Of a DNA stretch of 64,000 nt, positions 49,292-58,757 are shown piece by piece. Where the stretch lies: the NCBI GenBank assembly GCA_050250895.1, contig JBFWNU010000009.1:166488-230487 (forward strand), given 5' to 3'. The first letter of the stretch is position 1; each line of letters starts with the position of its first letter. The position numbers and the translations under genes are program-made. Origin of the DNA: Vulcanimicrobiota bacterium (GTDB lineage Bacteria; Vulcanimicrobiota; Xenobia; Xenobiales; JADMJV01). Under the pieces are notes generated by a model that worked only from the letters and a program-made list of their open reading frames with translations, had not been told where the DNA came from and did no database searches.

Positions 49292-50362
49292 ATGAGACGG
49301 GGCATATCGTTACTGCTACTGCTTCTGTGCACCTGGCCCGGTTGGGCAGATGTCAACGGAACCACCGACCGTATCGTGCTCGAGTGCGAAGTCATCGGAC
49401 CGCGCCAGGTCAAGGCCAGTTGGAGGGTGCGCACGACCCAGCCCACCCAGGTGCGCATCCTGCGCACTCCCGCTCCCATCGACTGTAAGAACCTCTGGCA
49501 ATGGCGCTATCCCGTGCTCGAACTACCGCCGCCCCCCGGCACCGAGGGCGTCTATGTCGACGGCACCCTGGCCGAAGGCACCACCTATTACTACTGGGTT
49601 CAAGCCGAACTCGACGGAGTGATGCATTACAGCAAGCGGGCTAAGGTGACTCTGCCCAATCATCGCCTACCCCGCCTGTCTCGCCCCAGCTTTCTCATCG
49701 ACAAGCTCAACTACTACCTCGAGGTGCGCGACGGCTCGGCCGCGGTCAAGCGCTATCCCGTCTCGTTCGGACGCGACCCCCTGACTCGCAAACTGCACCA
49801 GGACAACAGCACCACCCCCGAAGGCACCTATCAGATCTGCGGCCTGCAGGACCCGGCCACCTATTATCGGGCCTTCGACCTCGATTATCCCAACGCGTTC
49901 GACAAAATCCGCTATCGCTTCGCCAAAAAGGCCGGCCTCTTGCCTCGCCGCGACCCCGAGATCGGGGGCGCCATCCAGATTCACGGCGACATCAAAGATC
50001 GAGTCGAGGTCTTCTCGAACTGGACCGAAGGCTGCATCGCGATGCGCAACGATGACCTCGACGAACTGTTCGCCGACCCCTCGATCTGTGAAGGCGTCTA
50101 CGTGTTCATCGTGGGCGAAAACTTGACCCGCGAGGATCTGGCCAGCATCCTCAAGCCGTGGAGCCGCGAAGACATGCTCTTCGTCGAGCGCAAGCTGCAG
50201 TGGTTGGGCTTTCCTCCTGGCGAAGTCGACGGCGAGCTAGATGAGGCCACGATGGAGGCCCTGGGCTGGTTTCAGCTACGCAACAGGCTGCCGCTGACCT
50301 GCGAACTCGATACCCGCACGGTGAAGCTACTCTGGACCGACCCGCCTACTGGGGGGCGCTAG
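49292..50362 (+). CDS. YkuD-family (L,D-transpeptidase-like) protein with FN3-like N-terminus and C-terminal peptidoglycan-binding domain
   Basis: TYYYWV, TPEGTY, IQIHG...WTEGCIAM, LQWLGF..GEVDG...T..AL..FQ. Confidence 0.88.
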   Translation: MRRGISLLLLLLCTWPGWADVNGTTDRIVLECEVIGPRQVKASWRVRTTQPTQVRILRTPAPIDCKNLWQWRYPVLELPPPPGTEGVYVDGTLAEGTTYYYWVQAELDGVMHYSKRAKVTLPNHRLPRLSRPSFLIDKLNYYLEVRDGSAAVKRYPVSFGRDPLTRKLHQDNSTTPEGTYQICGLQDPATYYRAFDLDYPNAFDKIRYRFAKKAGLLPRRDPEIGGAIQIHGDIKDRVEVFSNWTEGCIAMRNDDLDELFADPSICEGVYVFIVGENLTREDLASILKPWSREDMLFVERKLQWLGFPPGEVDGELDEATMEALGWFQLRNRLPLTCELDTRTVKLLWTDPPTGGR

Positions 50363-50369
50363 CTGAGGG

Positions 50370-51325
50370 GCGTTTGTTGAAACCGCAGAGGCACCGAGGC
50401 GCTGAGGGGCGCGTCTAATTCGGAACGGGGCGATAGAATGAACCGCGGGGTTCCGCGGGGGACGCGGGGAGGTGAGTGAGGCGTCAGGGGTGGCGCCCTC
50501 GTTGAAGGGTTGCGCTTCTGGTTCGTGGCTTGGTTAATGAGACTATTTGGAGGTGCTTGGCGGTGAGGGTCCTTCGATTTTTTCCCAGCGAGGAATTCCC
50601 TTACGGCTCGCCCACCCTCTGGGCCTTCGCGTCTCTGGCGGTTTCACGTCACGTCGACCACGGCGACGTGTAAACCGCAGAGGCACCGAGGCGCTGAGAG
50701 GGCGTCTTGAACCGGAACGGGGGCGATAGAATGAACCGCGGGGTTCCGCGGAGGACGCGGGGAGGTGAGTGAGGCGTCAGGGGTAGGTGGCGCTTTGTGG
50801 AAGGGTTGCGCTTCTGGTTTGTGGCTTTGTTAATAAAATTATTTGGAGGTGCTTGGTCCTGGTCGGTGAGCGTCCTTCGATTTTCGATTTTGAGCCAGCG
50901 AGCGTACACTCCGGCGGGAATGGTTCCCCTTACCCCCACGGCTCGCCGACCCCTTTGCGCCTTCGCGTATCTCGACGGTTTTCACGTCGACCGTCGACTG
51001 CGGCGAGGCCGTGTGTGTGTATGCGTCTTCGATGCTCCGAAGTGGCCCAGACCCAGGACGTTCCCGTCGTCGTTGAGCCGTGAGCCCTCGAGCCGCTCGG
51101 CCTCACCAAGCCGCGGGCCGAACGTTCGCTAGCTATCGCCCGGCGGGTGTGCGCCGCACAAGCGGATTTGGCCACGCCCGATCGAAAGCTCAAGCTCCTC
51201 GGCCAAACGCCCACTCCTCCGCGGCCCTCCGCGGAACTCCGCGGTTTCCTCAATTCGGGCGCCCACCCTTCGAGGTACACAGCCCCCTCGGCGCCTTCGC
51301 GAACTCGGCGGTTTTCACAACGCGC
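50370..51325. mobile_element. gene-less composite of family A repeats (MITE/REPIN-like)
   Basis: AAACCGCAGAGGCACCGAGGCGCTGAG at 50380 and 50672; inverted copies at 50615-50647, 50950-50985 and 51284-51318; two homologous units of ~270-315 nt. Confidence 0.7.
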
Positions 51326-51330
51326 ACCCC

Positions 51331-52425
51331 TCAGGGAGCGCAGGTCTGGTCGACGAGAGTCCGTTCGGCGGCGGTGAGTTGGGTGGGGGTTTTGGCGAAG
51401 AGCAAACTGGCCGCGCTCTCTTCGTCTAGCGGAGGCTCGGCCCAGAGCTTCCTTTCGCCCTTCCCGATTTTACAGTGCAGCAGAGTCTGGCCGGCTTGAT
51501 GGTGACCCACCATTGGTCCTGGCCCGGCCTCGAAGGTGAACTGGACCCGGCCCAACTGGAACCGGCCTTCGGAGTGGGAGATCTGGCCGCCCTCTTCCTC
51601 CACCACGCCGTAAATATGGGACAAGGCTTCTTCGCTTACGTAGTCGGCCGGAGAGAGGTTGCGGAAGGTCCAGCGACAGAAATCGTTGCGCGCGTCCAAG
51701 CTTAGAGTACCGTCGATGTCCGAGCCACGGACGGCCATTTGACCGGGAGCGTGGGAGTAGGTGAAGGTGGCGGCGACGGGTTTCAGCAAGCCCTCGAGGG
51801 CGGATGGTTCGACCTTGAAGGTGACGATGGCGGTCGATTCCGCTTCGGGAAACAGGGGTGCTTCGGTTGAGTCTTGCCAGTTGAAGTCGATACCGCTTCC
51901 TGCCAACTGAACCTCGTCGACAGTTGCTTGACCGTCGTGCGTTTCCAGGCCCAGAACCTTGAGATGGTCCAGATGGAACTCCACTCCTTCGAACGAGACA
52001 TCGGAGATCGTCAGTTCGTCGACCCGCACATCTCTTGTCTGCTTCTCGACCGAAGGAGAGTCGGACCGAGTGGGCGACTTTGGTCGCTCGGTCTCGTCCG
52101 GGTGGATCTGGAACGAGGCTCGTCCCACCTTGATCTGGTTGAGCACCAGGGTGTCCGAGCCGAACAATCCCCAGAAGCTCGGATATCGGAGGGCCATGTC
52201 TCCGAGTTCGATCCGCTGGTCGTCGGGCAGATAGAGCGTCACGCTGTCCACCTGGGGACCTGAGGCAATAGAGCCATGGCAGGCTCCCACATCGATCATG
52301 GAACTCTGGGACATCAGCCCTGCCAACAGGGTAAAGGGGACCGGTGTGTGCATGACCAGAACGTATAGACCCACCACGACCAGCACCAAGAAACCGAGAC
52401 ATCCGAGCAAGATGCGTTTTGCCAT
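51331..52425 (-). CDS. membrane-anchored beta-rich hypothetical protein (AsmA/TamB-like possible)
   Basis: N-terminal TM MAKRILLGCLGFLVLVVVGLYVLV followed by beta-strand-rich sequence. Confidence 0.65.
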   Translation of the reverse strand: MAKRILLGCLGFLVLVVVGLYVLVMHTPVPFTLLAGLMSQSSMIDVGACHGSIASGPQVDSVTLYLPDDQRIELGDMALRYPSFWGLFGSDTLVLNQIKVGRASFQIHPDETERPKSPTRSDSPSVEKQTRDVRVDELTISDVSFEGVEFHLDHLKVLGLETHDGQATVDEVQLAGSGIDFNWQDSTEAPLFPEAESTAIVTFKVEPSALEGLLKPVAATFTYSHAPGQMAVRGSDIDGTLSLDARNDFCRWTFRNLSPADYVSEEALSHIYGVVEEEGGQISHSEGRFQLGRVQFTFEAGPGPMVGHHQAGQTLLHCKIGKGERKLWAEPPLDEESAASLLFAKTPTQLTAAERTLVDQTCAP

Positions 52426-52523
52426 TGCTGCTCTATTCGCCAAGTTCGTGGCCCCGCCCTCGCCCCGGAGGAGTCCCGAGCTGGCTGGAGTAGTTGACCC
52501 CATCCCTTAAGGACGCAAACACT

Positions 52524-53597
52524 TTGGCTGATACCGTCGCCATCCTGGCGGGAGGCACCGGAACTCGCTTCTGGCCGGCTTCAAAGCAAGACAAACCCAA
52601 GCAGTTCCTGGCCCTGACCGGCCCCGAGACGATGCTTCAGCTGACTTACCAACGGGCCTGCGAACTGGTGGCCCCGGAGAGAATCCTGGTTTTGACCAAC
52701 CAGGACTATGTGCCCCTGGTGCGCGAGCAGCTTCCTCAGTTGCCCTCCAGCAACGTGGTGGGTGAGCCTTCGCGGCGGGATACGGCGGCGGCAGTCTGTC
52801 TGGCCAGTCTCATCGCCGAGCGTTGGGAGCCCGGGGGCGTGTTGGCCATCCTCACGGCCGACCACTGGATTCACCCCACCACCGCTTTTGTCCAGGCCAT
52901 CCGCTCGGCCAGCTGGGGGGCCCGCAAGTGGGAGTGCCTTTACACCTTCGGAGTGCGACCCGCCTATCCGGCCACCGGCTACGGCTATCTCGAGCTGGGT
53001 GAAGCGCTGGCTTCCGACAGCGACGAGCTCAAACATCACCGCCTGGCCGGTTTTAAAGAGAAGCCAAACCTGGCCACCGCGTCGAGCTACGTCGAATCTG
53101 GCCAATACTGCTGGAATAGCGGTATGTTCGTGTGGCGCACCAGCGATATCCTGGCTGAGTTTCGCAAGCATCTGCCGGCCCACCTCGAGCACCTCGAACC
53201 GATCATGCCGTTTTTGGCCACCTCAAAATTTGGTGCGGCTCTGTCGACAGCCTTCGACCCCTTGGAGCGGATCTCGGTGGATTATGCCATCCTGGAACGG
53301 GCCCGCCAGGTCCACACGGTGCTGGTCAACTTCGATTGGAGCGACCTGGGGGGCTGGTCGTCGCTGCGTCCGGTGCTGGCCTGCGACGCCTCTGGCAACG
53401 CCTATCGCGGCCGGATCTGTGCACTTCGAGCCGGCCAGAACATCGTCTTTTCGGAAGACGAAGACGAGCTGGTCGCCCTGATTGGCGTCTCCAATCTGGC
53501 CGTCGTGCGTAGTGAGAAAACCACTCTGGTGGCCTCGCTGGCCAACGTCGAAGAGGTCAAGCAACTGGTCGAGCGCCTGGAGTCACGCGATCGGTGA
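52524..53597 (+). CDS. manC: mannose-1-phosphate guanylyltransferase
   Basis: ILAGGTGTRFWPAS..KPKQFL, EPSRRDTA, TGYGY, FKEKP, WNSGMF, SVDYAILE, WSDLG. Confidence 0.95.
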   Translation: MADTVAILAGGTGTRFWPASKQDKPKQFLALTGPETMLQLTYQRACELVAPERILVLTNQDYVPLVREQLPQLPSSNVVGEPSRRDTAAAVCLASLIAERWEPGGVLAILTADHWIHPTTAFVQAIRSASWGARKWECLYTFGVRPAYPATGYGYLELGEALASDSDELKHHRLAGFKEKPNLATASSYVESGQYCWNSGMFVWRTSDILAEFRKHLPAHLEHLEPIMPFLATSKFGAALSTAFDPLERISVDYAILERARQVHTVLVNFDWSDLGGWSSLRPVLACDASGNAYRGRICALRAGQNIVFSEDEDELVALIGVSNLAVVRSEKTTLVASLANVEEVKQLVERLESRDR

Positions 53598-54961
53598 AGC
53601 CTGCTTGCTTCAAAACCTACGACATCCGTGGGCGAGTTCCATCCGAGTTCAACCAGCCTCTGGCCCAGCGCGTAGGCCGGGCCTTTGCCCGCCTGCTGAG
53701 CCCCACTCAGGTGGCCGTCGGCTGGGATGCGCGCCTCTCGAGCCCTGAGCTGGCCGAGGCCGTGACCGCCGGCTTGCGCTCGCAGGGCGTGAACGTGCTC
53801 AAACTCGGTCTGTGCGGAACCGAGACCGTCTATTTCGCGGTTCACAGCCTGAGCTTGGGCGGCGGCGTCATGGTCACCGCCAGCCACAACCCGGCCGACT
53901 ACAACGGCCTCAAGTTTGTTGGTCCCAGGGCGGTGCCGCTGAGCAACCAGCAGTTCGAGCAGCTGGCCGCAGCCACTCGGCAGGAATGGCCCGACACGAA
54001 CCGGGGCGGGGTGGAAGAACGCGATATCACCGACGCTTTCCTGGACCGACTGGTCGAACTCTTCGCCCCGGCCAGCCTGGGCGCCTGGAGAATCGTGGCC
54101 GACGCTGGCAACGGCGCCATCGGTCCCACCCTTTGTCACCTGGCCAAGCGCTATCCCGACCTTGAACTACTGGTCCTCCACGGTCAACCCGATGGCACGT
54201 TTCCCAACGGCGTGCCCAACCCGCTCTTGCCCGAAAACCGCGCCGCCACCGCCGCCGCCGTGCGCGAGCACCAGGCCGAGCTGGGGGTGGCCTGGGACGG
54301 CGATTTCGACCGCTGCTTTCTCTTCGACCACCGAGGAGAATTCGTCGACAACTATTACCTTCTGGCCGCCCTGGCCGGCCATTATCTCGAGCGCGAACCG
54401 GGCGGAATCATCGTCCACGACCCCCGCCTGACCTGGCACACCATCGAAGCCGTCACCCGGTTGGGTGGAACGCCGCGACTCAGTCGCACCGGGCACGCCT
54501 TCGTCAAGGCCGCCATGCGCGAGAGCGAGGCCATCTACGGAGCCGAGATGTCAGGCCATCACTACTTTCGCGACTTCGGCTACTGCGACTCGGGGCTGTT
54601 GCCTTTTCTGGCGACCCTGCAGATGCTGCACCGCCGGGGACGTAGCCTGGCCGACCTTTTGGACGGGGGCCGCGCAAGATTCCCTATCAGTGGCGAGATC
54701 AACCGCGAGGTAGCCGACTCCGAAGCCGTGCTGGCCGCGGCCGCGACCGAGTTCGGGCCTCAGGCCCTGCGCCGTTGCGACCTGGACGGTCTGAGCCTGG
54801 ACTTCGCCGATTGGCGCTTCAACCTGCGGCGCTCCAACACCGAACCCCTCATCCGTCTTAACGTCGAAAGCCGTGGGGACGCCGACCTGGTGGAGCGCAT
54901 GACGCAGAGGTTGCTGGCGCTGGTGGAGGGCGTCGGAAAGAATAAACCGCAGAGATTATGA
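53594..54961 (+). CDS. manB: phosphomannomutase
   Basis: FKTYDIRG, TASHNP, DGDFDR, EMSGH, FNLRRSNTEP. Confidence 0.95.
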   Translation: MKPACFKTYDIRGRVPSEFNQPLAQRVGRAFARLLSPTQVAVGWDARLSSPELAEAVTAGLRSQGVNVLKLGLCGTETVYFAVHSLSLGGGVMVTASHNPADYNGLKFVGPRAVPLSNQQFEQLAAATRQEWPDTNRGGVEERDITDAFLDRLVELFAPASLGAWRIVADAGNGAIGPTLCHLAKRYPDLELLVLHGQPDGTFPNGVPNPLLPENRAATAAAVREHQAELGVAWDGDFDRCFLFDHRGEFVDNYYLLAALAGHYLEREPGGIIVHDPRLTWHTIEAVTRLGGTPRLSRTGHAFVKAAMRESEAIYGAEMSGHHYFRDFGYCDSGLLPFLATLQMLHRRGRSLADLLDGGRARFPISGEINREVADSEAVLAAAATEFGPQALRRCDLDGLSLDFADWRFNLRRSNTEPLIRLNVESRGDADLVERMTQRLLALVEGVGKNKPQRL

Positions 54962-55511
54962 GGCGCTGAGGGGTGGAGTGAACTTCGGTGTCGTCGTTCT
55001 ATAGTTGAGGCTTGTAGTTATTGACTACGCGCTTGAGGCCCCGGCGCAGCGTGGGTTCGTGAAAATTCAGGAGTAGGCCAACCGAGCGTCCCGACAACTT
55101 CAAATAGGATAACAATTGAGCTTGATGAACGGCGTTCAGAGACTCGACGGCCTTCACTTCCACAACCAAAACATCGTCCACCAAAAGATCGATTCGATAA
55201 CCCGCGTCCAATTCAACGCCTTTATAAACTATTGGCAGCGGCACCTGTCTCGATGTTTGATGGCCCCTCAGAGAAAGTTCATAAGCCAGGCACTTTTCAT
55301 AGGCAGACTCTAGCAATCCCGGTCCCAGTTCTCGATGGACTTCAATGGCCCCACCGATCACGCTTTGAGTAATTTCATCGATGTCTCTCCTCTTGTTCAC
55401 GCCCCCAGCCTAACGGACCGTAGCGCGAGGAGCAGTGACCATCGACACCGTTCGGGCACCCAACCTTCCAGGTGCTCCGCCCCCCTCAGCGCCTCTGCGT
55501 CTCGGCGGTTT
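54944..55511. mobile_element. inverted-repeat-bounded cassette carrying the GxxExxY gene
   Basis: Left AAACCGCAGAGATTATGAGGCGCTGAGGGGTGGAG (54944-54978); right end (55475-55511) reverse-complements to AAACCGCCGAGACGCAGAGGCGCTGAGGGGGGCGGAG. Confidence 0.65.
54999..55400 (-). CDS. GxxExxY protein (PD-(D/E)XK nuclease superfamily)
   Basis: VHRELGPGLLESAYEKCL, YRIDLLV...VEVKAV, QLLSYLK..G..VGLLLNF; lower GC than its neighbours. Confidence 0.95.
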   Translation of the reverse strand: MNKRRDIDEITQSVIGGAIEVHRELGPGLLESAYEKCLAYELSLRGHQTSRQVPLPIVYKGVELDAGYRIDLLVDDVLVVEVKAVESLNAVHQAQLLSYLKLSGRSVGLLLNFHEPTLRRGLKRVVNNYKPQL

Positions 55512-55542
55512 CCCCATCGAGCGCTCACCCCGACGCGCCCAC

Positions 55543-56565
<1,023 letters not shown>

Positions 56566-56704
56566 GTTTTCACGTGGCCGACAGCTGGCACAGCTGAGTG
56601 GGGCGCGCCGGGCAGGGGCCCTCGACCGCGGTTAGGGTCAACTGAGCTGGCCCTCCGCGAACGGCATGCTGGGGTCGGTCAGGCCAAAGGCATCCGCCCT
56701 GGCT

Positions 56705-57030
56705 TTACTCGGAGGTTGCGCCGCCGCCCAACTCTTCCGGTCGCAGTCCCGTCATCCTGAGAGCTTCGTCTAAGGCCATTCCAGAGTCGACCAGCTTCTG
56801 GACCGTCTCGCGTAGCGCCAGCAATCGGCCCTCCTCGCGACCCTCCTTGAATCCTCTCTCGCGCCCGAGCAGCCTGGCCTCCTCCAGTTCGGTGGCAGCA
56901 TCGCACATCGCCCTGTGACGCGCTGCCATGATGTTTCGGACCTGCTCACTCGCGCTCGCTGAGCGCTTCGTTGTAAAGGCCACTTCAACGCCTCCTCTTC
57001 CTATCAGTGACTCCGGAATGGAGCCTTCTC
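56705..57030 (-). pseudogene. duplicated C-terminal segment of an Rpn-family protein
   Basis: SASASEQVR.IM.ARH.AMCDAAT.LEEAR...EGREEGRLLALRETVQKLVDSGMALDEALR.TGL is nearly identical to the tail of 57055..57550. Confidence 0.75.
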
Positions 57031-57054
57031 CGACTAGGGGATCCGACACTGGCT

Positions 57055-57550
57055 CTATCCGGGGCACCCAGAAGTTTCGCCGCCGCCCAAGTCCTCCGGT
57101 CGCAGTCCGGTGATCCTGAGAGCTTCGTCCAAGGCCATTCCAGAATCGACCAGCTTCTGGACCGTCTCGCGTAGCGCCAGCAATCGACCCTCCTCGCGGC
57201 CCTCCTCGCGGCCCTCCTCGCGCCCGCCCAGCCTGGCCTCCTCCAGTTGGGTGGCAGCATCGCACATCGCTTTGTGGCGCGCTTCCATGATCTCTCGAAC
57301 TTGCTCACTCGCGCTCGCCGAGCGCATCGTTCTCAGGGCCACTTCAATGCCCTCCTCTTCCTTGAGTGATTTCGGGATGGGAGCCTCCTCCCGAGTATAA
57401 AACTCGCCGAATTTCAAGACGTGCAACCACTTCTCGAAGGGCGACCTCAGACTGCGGGGCTTGTCCCTGCGAAACTTGGCTAGCTCGATGAAGTGGAACT
57501 CTAGTATATCAGACAAGACCAGGTCATGTTCGGGGTCGTGGAGTCGAAGG
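57055..57550 (-). pseudogene. Rpn / PD-(D/E)XK_2 family protein, C-terminal half only
   Basis: LEFHFIELAKF...EKWLHVL...GREEGREEG...TGL; the N-terminal catalytic part and a native start are absent. Confidence 0.8.
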
Positions 57551-58645
57551 CGTGTCACGCGTGGCCGACAGTTGGCACAGCTGAGGGTGGGGCGCGGCCC
57601 GCAAACCGGGCAGCGCCCAGCGCCGCAGTCGCTCGACCAGCCTGGGCCAACGAAGGTCACGCCGCCCCTGGCCGTCGCGGCGGATCATGAGCTGGACGTG
57701 GCGCAACTTGGTGCGCAAAGGGTCGGCCAGCCGATACTCCTGGCGAATCAGATAGTCCAGACTGAAATCTTGGCTCAGCACCCGCTGCAACATCTCGTAG
57801 AGGGTGTCCCTGCCGTCACGAACGGCCGAGAAGACCAGAAAGATGCAGACTCCCTCGGGTGCCAGGCGGGTCTCGAGGCCCTCGACCGCGGCCCGGGTCA
57901 ACTCGGGCGGTCCCACCGCGAACCGCATGGCCGGGTCGGCCAGGTCGGGCGGCAGGGCGGGAGGGTTGCCGATGATGAGTTGCCATTCCCCCTCGGCCTT
58001 CTGGTAGAGGTCGCTGACCTCGAATCTGGCCGAACTGTGGTTGAGTCGGGCGTTGGAGTAGGCCAGGGCGATGGCGTCGGTGTTGATGTCGAGTCCCACG
58101 ACTTCGGCGAAGCCCGGGGGCAGGGTCAAGCCCACCACCCCGCAGCCGCAGCAAAGGTCCAGCGCTCTACCGCGACCCCGGGGGAACTGTTCGAGAGCCA
58201 GCCGGCGCAAGTGAGCCGAATCATCGCCGAGATAGACGAACTCACCGGGAGAGCGTCCGGGGATCGAGCTGAGTATGTAGCGCCCGCCCACGCAGGTGAG
58301 TTGCACGATGGCCCGCACCCCCTCGGGCACCACCTCGAGAAAAGCCTCGGGAACCTGGCTACAGGCTTCGGGCTCGAGGGTGTGATGGAGGAAAAAGAGG
58401 CGAAAGAGAGTCCAGGCGGCCGGCTGCCGCTGAGAAAACTGACGATAAAGACGCTCGGGGAAGGCCACCATCGAGAGAGGCTCGACGCCCCCCTGGCGCC
58501 GCTCCCACCAGGTCCGCATCTCATGGATGGGATAGATCTTGCGGGTAGAATAGGCCGGCAACCCTTCGGTCAAGCCATAGCGACTCTCATCGAGCACCCC
58601 CCTCAGTTGCTCGAGCGCATCACCCCCAAAATCTCCCCAACTCAA
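57524..58645 (-). CDS. HemK/MTS-like class I methyltransferase
   Basis: VYLGDDS, ALDLCCGCG, GLDIN, SDLY, IIGNPP. Confidence 0.85.
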   Translation of the reverse strand: MSWGDFGGDALEQLRGVLDESRYGLTEGLPAYSTRKIYPIHEMRTWWERRQGGVEPLSMVAFPERLYRQFSQRQPAAWTLFRLFFLHHTLEPEACSQVPEAFLEVVPEGVRAIVQLTCVGGRYILSSIPGRSPGEFVYLGDDSAHLRRLALEQFPRGRGRALDLCCGCGVVGLTLPPGFAEVVGLDINTDAIALAYSNARLNHSSARFEVSDLYQKAEGEWQLIIGNPPALPPDLADPAMRFAVGPPELTRAAVEGLETRLAPEGVCIFLVFSAVRDGRDTLYEMLQRVLSQDFSLDYLIRQEYRLADPLRTKLRHVQLMIRRDGQGRRDLRWPRLVERLRRWALPGLRAAPHPQLCQLSATRDTPSTPRPRT

Positions 58646-58757
58646 AACTGCTACCGTCTACCGTCTGAAAACTACTGTCTGACTCTTTACCTTTGGTTCA
58701 CACCCTTTCCCAGGCTGCCAACTATGCTCCTGGATGGACGGAGGAATAGAAATAAAG

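Noticed and set aside
57524-58645. DNA methyltransferase of a restriction-modification system paired with Rpn
   Set aside because: The motifs fit HemK/MTS-like enzymes, the adjacent Rpn lacks its catalytic half, and no restriction subunit is present.
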